This document shows positions 61,557 through 64,000 of a stretch of 64,000 bases of DNA, one piece after another (within the stretch, counting starts at the first letter, position 1; the number at the start of each line of letters is the position of its first letter). Made by a program: the position numbers and the translations under genes. The notes below the pieces were generated by a model, which saw nothing but the letters and a program-made list of their open reading frames with translations, was not told the DNA's origin and did no database searches. This stretch comes from Octopus sinensis. Taxonomy: Eukaryota. The stretch covers positions 98,704,001 through 98,768,000 of the forward strand of contig NC_043001.1 of NCBI RefSeq assembly GCF_006345805.1, in the 5' to 3' direction.

Positions 61557-61598
61557 TGCAGTACACAGTCTTCCATAATTACCCCTTCAGCAGTAAAA
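61557..61598 (-). CDS. Candidate 42-nt symmetric exon (FTAEGVIMEDCVL)
   Basis: AATTTTCTTTAG acceptor and GCA|GTAAGG donor; one open frame; TE-poor surroundings. Confidence 0.25.
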
Positions 61599-62644
61599 CT
61601 AAAGAAAATTCACATGAGAGAAGACTACCAACATTGAAACATCAGGCAAGTATCTTCAAGAAATTGGTAGAGACTGGGATTGGGTTTTACGAAGACAGAA
61701 AGAAAGTAAAAAGGAGTGGAAAGTAAAAGGAAAAAAAGACATTCCACAATGGCAACCTATTTTAGCTAATAATAACTGCAGCAGTCATTATTCTCTCACT
61801 CACCAAACTTTCCACTACACTGTACATGGCCCCATTCTAGGGGTAAAATAACACCATTTTTTTTTAATACAATTCTTGGCTGTTCTGGAAAAAGTTGAGT
61901 TTATGAGATGACTTAGAATAAAGGAGAATATCTTTCATTCACACAAACAGAATTAAAAAAAAAAAAGAAAAAAATACATTAATGAAAGTTTTTAAGAAAC
62001 CTCAACCAAACACTATTTTCTTTCTTTTTCCATTTCATTTCTTTTTTTTTTACAAAAATGGAGTTTAGTTGGCCAGGAATAAGATTCTGACAAACAGAAA
62101 TATTTTTCAATGACAAGTATAGGCAACAACATTATATATACAATGTGTGTGTTATATATATATATATATATATACATATCAGTATGTGCATAAATACATA
62201 TGCATATATGTGTATACATATATATAATCATATATATATATATTGAAGTATATAGTACTTTGCATATTTTATATATTTAATACATTGTATACATACAGAA
62301 GTAATTTAATGAATACAGGAATTAAACATGAGGTACTTCAAGTTTCATCCTCTGAAAGTGCAATATTCATTAAATAATATTTCACTCTCACTGAATTGAG
62401 TGCTGATCCTATCAACAAGTAAACAGTAACCTATATATATATATAAAGGTACGGTGAAATGAACAGAAATAGAACTCAATACATAAGAGGATGCACATGT
62501 ATTTTTTAATCAGCTGTAATGTTAAAGACAGAAAGAGTTGAGAATGTCATGCATTGGTCTTATCAATGTGACTCTTCACCCCTCAGTCACTAATGTACCT
62601 TTCACAGCCTCTTAAAAATAATATATATATATATATACACACAC

Positions 62645-62717
<73 letters not shown>

Positions 62718-62718
62718 T

Positions 62719-62774
<56 letters not shown>

Positions 62775-62933
62775 TACATATTTACATACATTGTTTGAAC
62801 TTATTTCCATTTAGCAACACCACTTCTCACAGCCATAGTTCAAAACTTTAGAAAATACAGAGAAACAACTCCAAGAAATATTTGAAAATTAATATATCTT
62901 ATATGAAAACAGCTTTATACATTCCTCATTTTT

Positions 62934-62982
<49 letters not shown>

Positions 62983-64000
62983 TGCTTCTTGTTTGTTTTT
63001 TTTTAAAGTTTTTAATTATTTTTCTTTGTTTTGTTTTTTTACTTTTAAAAGAAATCTTGAACTGTCTTTCAATCAATTCTATAAAATTGGCTTAGCAAGT
63101 GAAACTGCAAAATATTTATGGAGTGCTTTACAATATAGCAGTGGTGAGAAGGAATTGTTGAACACTGCTTCACTACCACCATCATGGCCATATCAAGGCC
63201 TGTACTGTCCAATTAATTCTCACCTCTTATGACAACACAAGCCAGTCAGTTTAACAGCAGTTTTTGGTTACAATGTCCCTATCCCCCAGCAAAACTCATT
63301 TGATTTGTTACTCAACTGGTCATCAAAAAAAAAAAAAAAAAAAAAAAAGGTTTGAAACTATAAATATGCAGTCATAGCACTGTAAATGGCAAGGTGTTGT
63401 TGCTTGTTATTGAACTATTACCTCTCACCCACCTTTGCTTGATCATACCAATGTCAAAGGGCTAACTGGCAAAGCATGGTGAAAAGAATGAGGGGCAAAT
63501 CTATAGGTCCAGCATTTTGAGCATTGAAAAAAAAAAGAATAATGTGATGTCACATGCAATTATAATTCTTAATTATAGTTAATATACTCAACATCACCCA
63601 CCCCACACCCTTTTACTTCTCTAGGATTTAGGTTTGAAACATGTGATACCTAACATTTAAAGGTGGCAGAGAGTTTATTGAGAAAAATTTGGCATCTGTA
63701 TTATGCAGGTCAAGTGACCTCATATAAATTCCTTTATGGCTGTTGAAAGGTCAAGTGATGTGTATATACGTGTGTATACACATACATGTTTTTGTGTGCA
63801 TGTGTGGCTGGCTAGACAGGTTGATAGATAAATGTGTGTATGAATGTATGAACATATACATGTATAAATATGCATTGGGTGGATAAAATATGAAATAAGT
63901 TTGTGTAGTTATTTGAAAGCAGAACAAAGCGAATTCATTGCCTAAGATTGAATTTTTAGGGATGGGAAGCCTAAAACAAAAAGAAAAAACAAAGAATATT

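Overview
This is a very AT-rich eukaryotic window saturated with microsatellites and transposons. The repeat families look like an octopus (coleoid cephalopod) genome; that is an inference from recalled repeat motifs, not a database result. No intact protein-coding gene is recognisable, and nearly all ORF-track entries are transposon remnants, antisense SINE read-throughs or microsatellite artefacts. Retroelements include RTE, CR1, REL-endonuclease (R4/Dong-like) and Penelope-like remnants plus at least three tRNA-SINE families. DNA transposons include about ten Tc1/mariner-superfamily elements (mariner, DD36E Incomer-type, DD37D maT, DD41D rosa, BrkDBD-pogo) plus hAT and TTAA MITEs, often nested. 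Highlights are: (1) a structurally complete minimal hammerhead ribozyme at 18884-18926 in a Penelope-like terminal repeat; (2) a composite of tRNA head, (AAT)n and a hammerhead at 27482-27825; (3) a 196-bp inverted copy with 2 mismatches (3753-3948 / 4576-4771) inserted through 5-bp microhomology into a Helentron-like repeat; (4) a full-length DD36E element; (5) a pogo element inserted exactly into the CCHC knuckle of a REL LINE; (6) an array of palindromic ~51-bp units; (7) a speculative, phase-compatible chain of small minus-strand exons.
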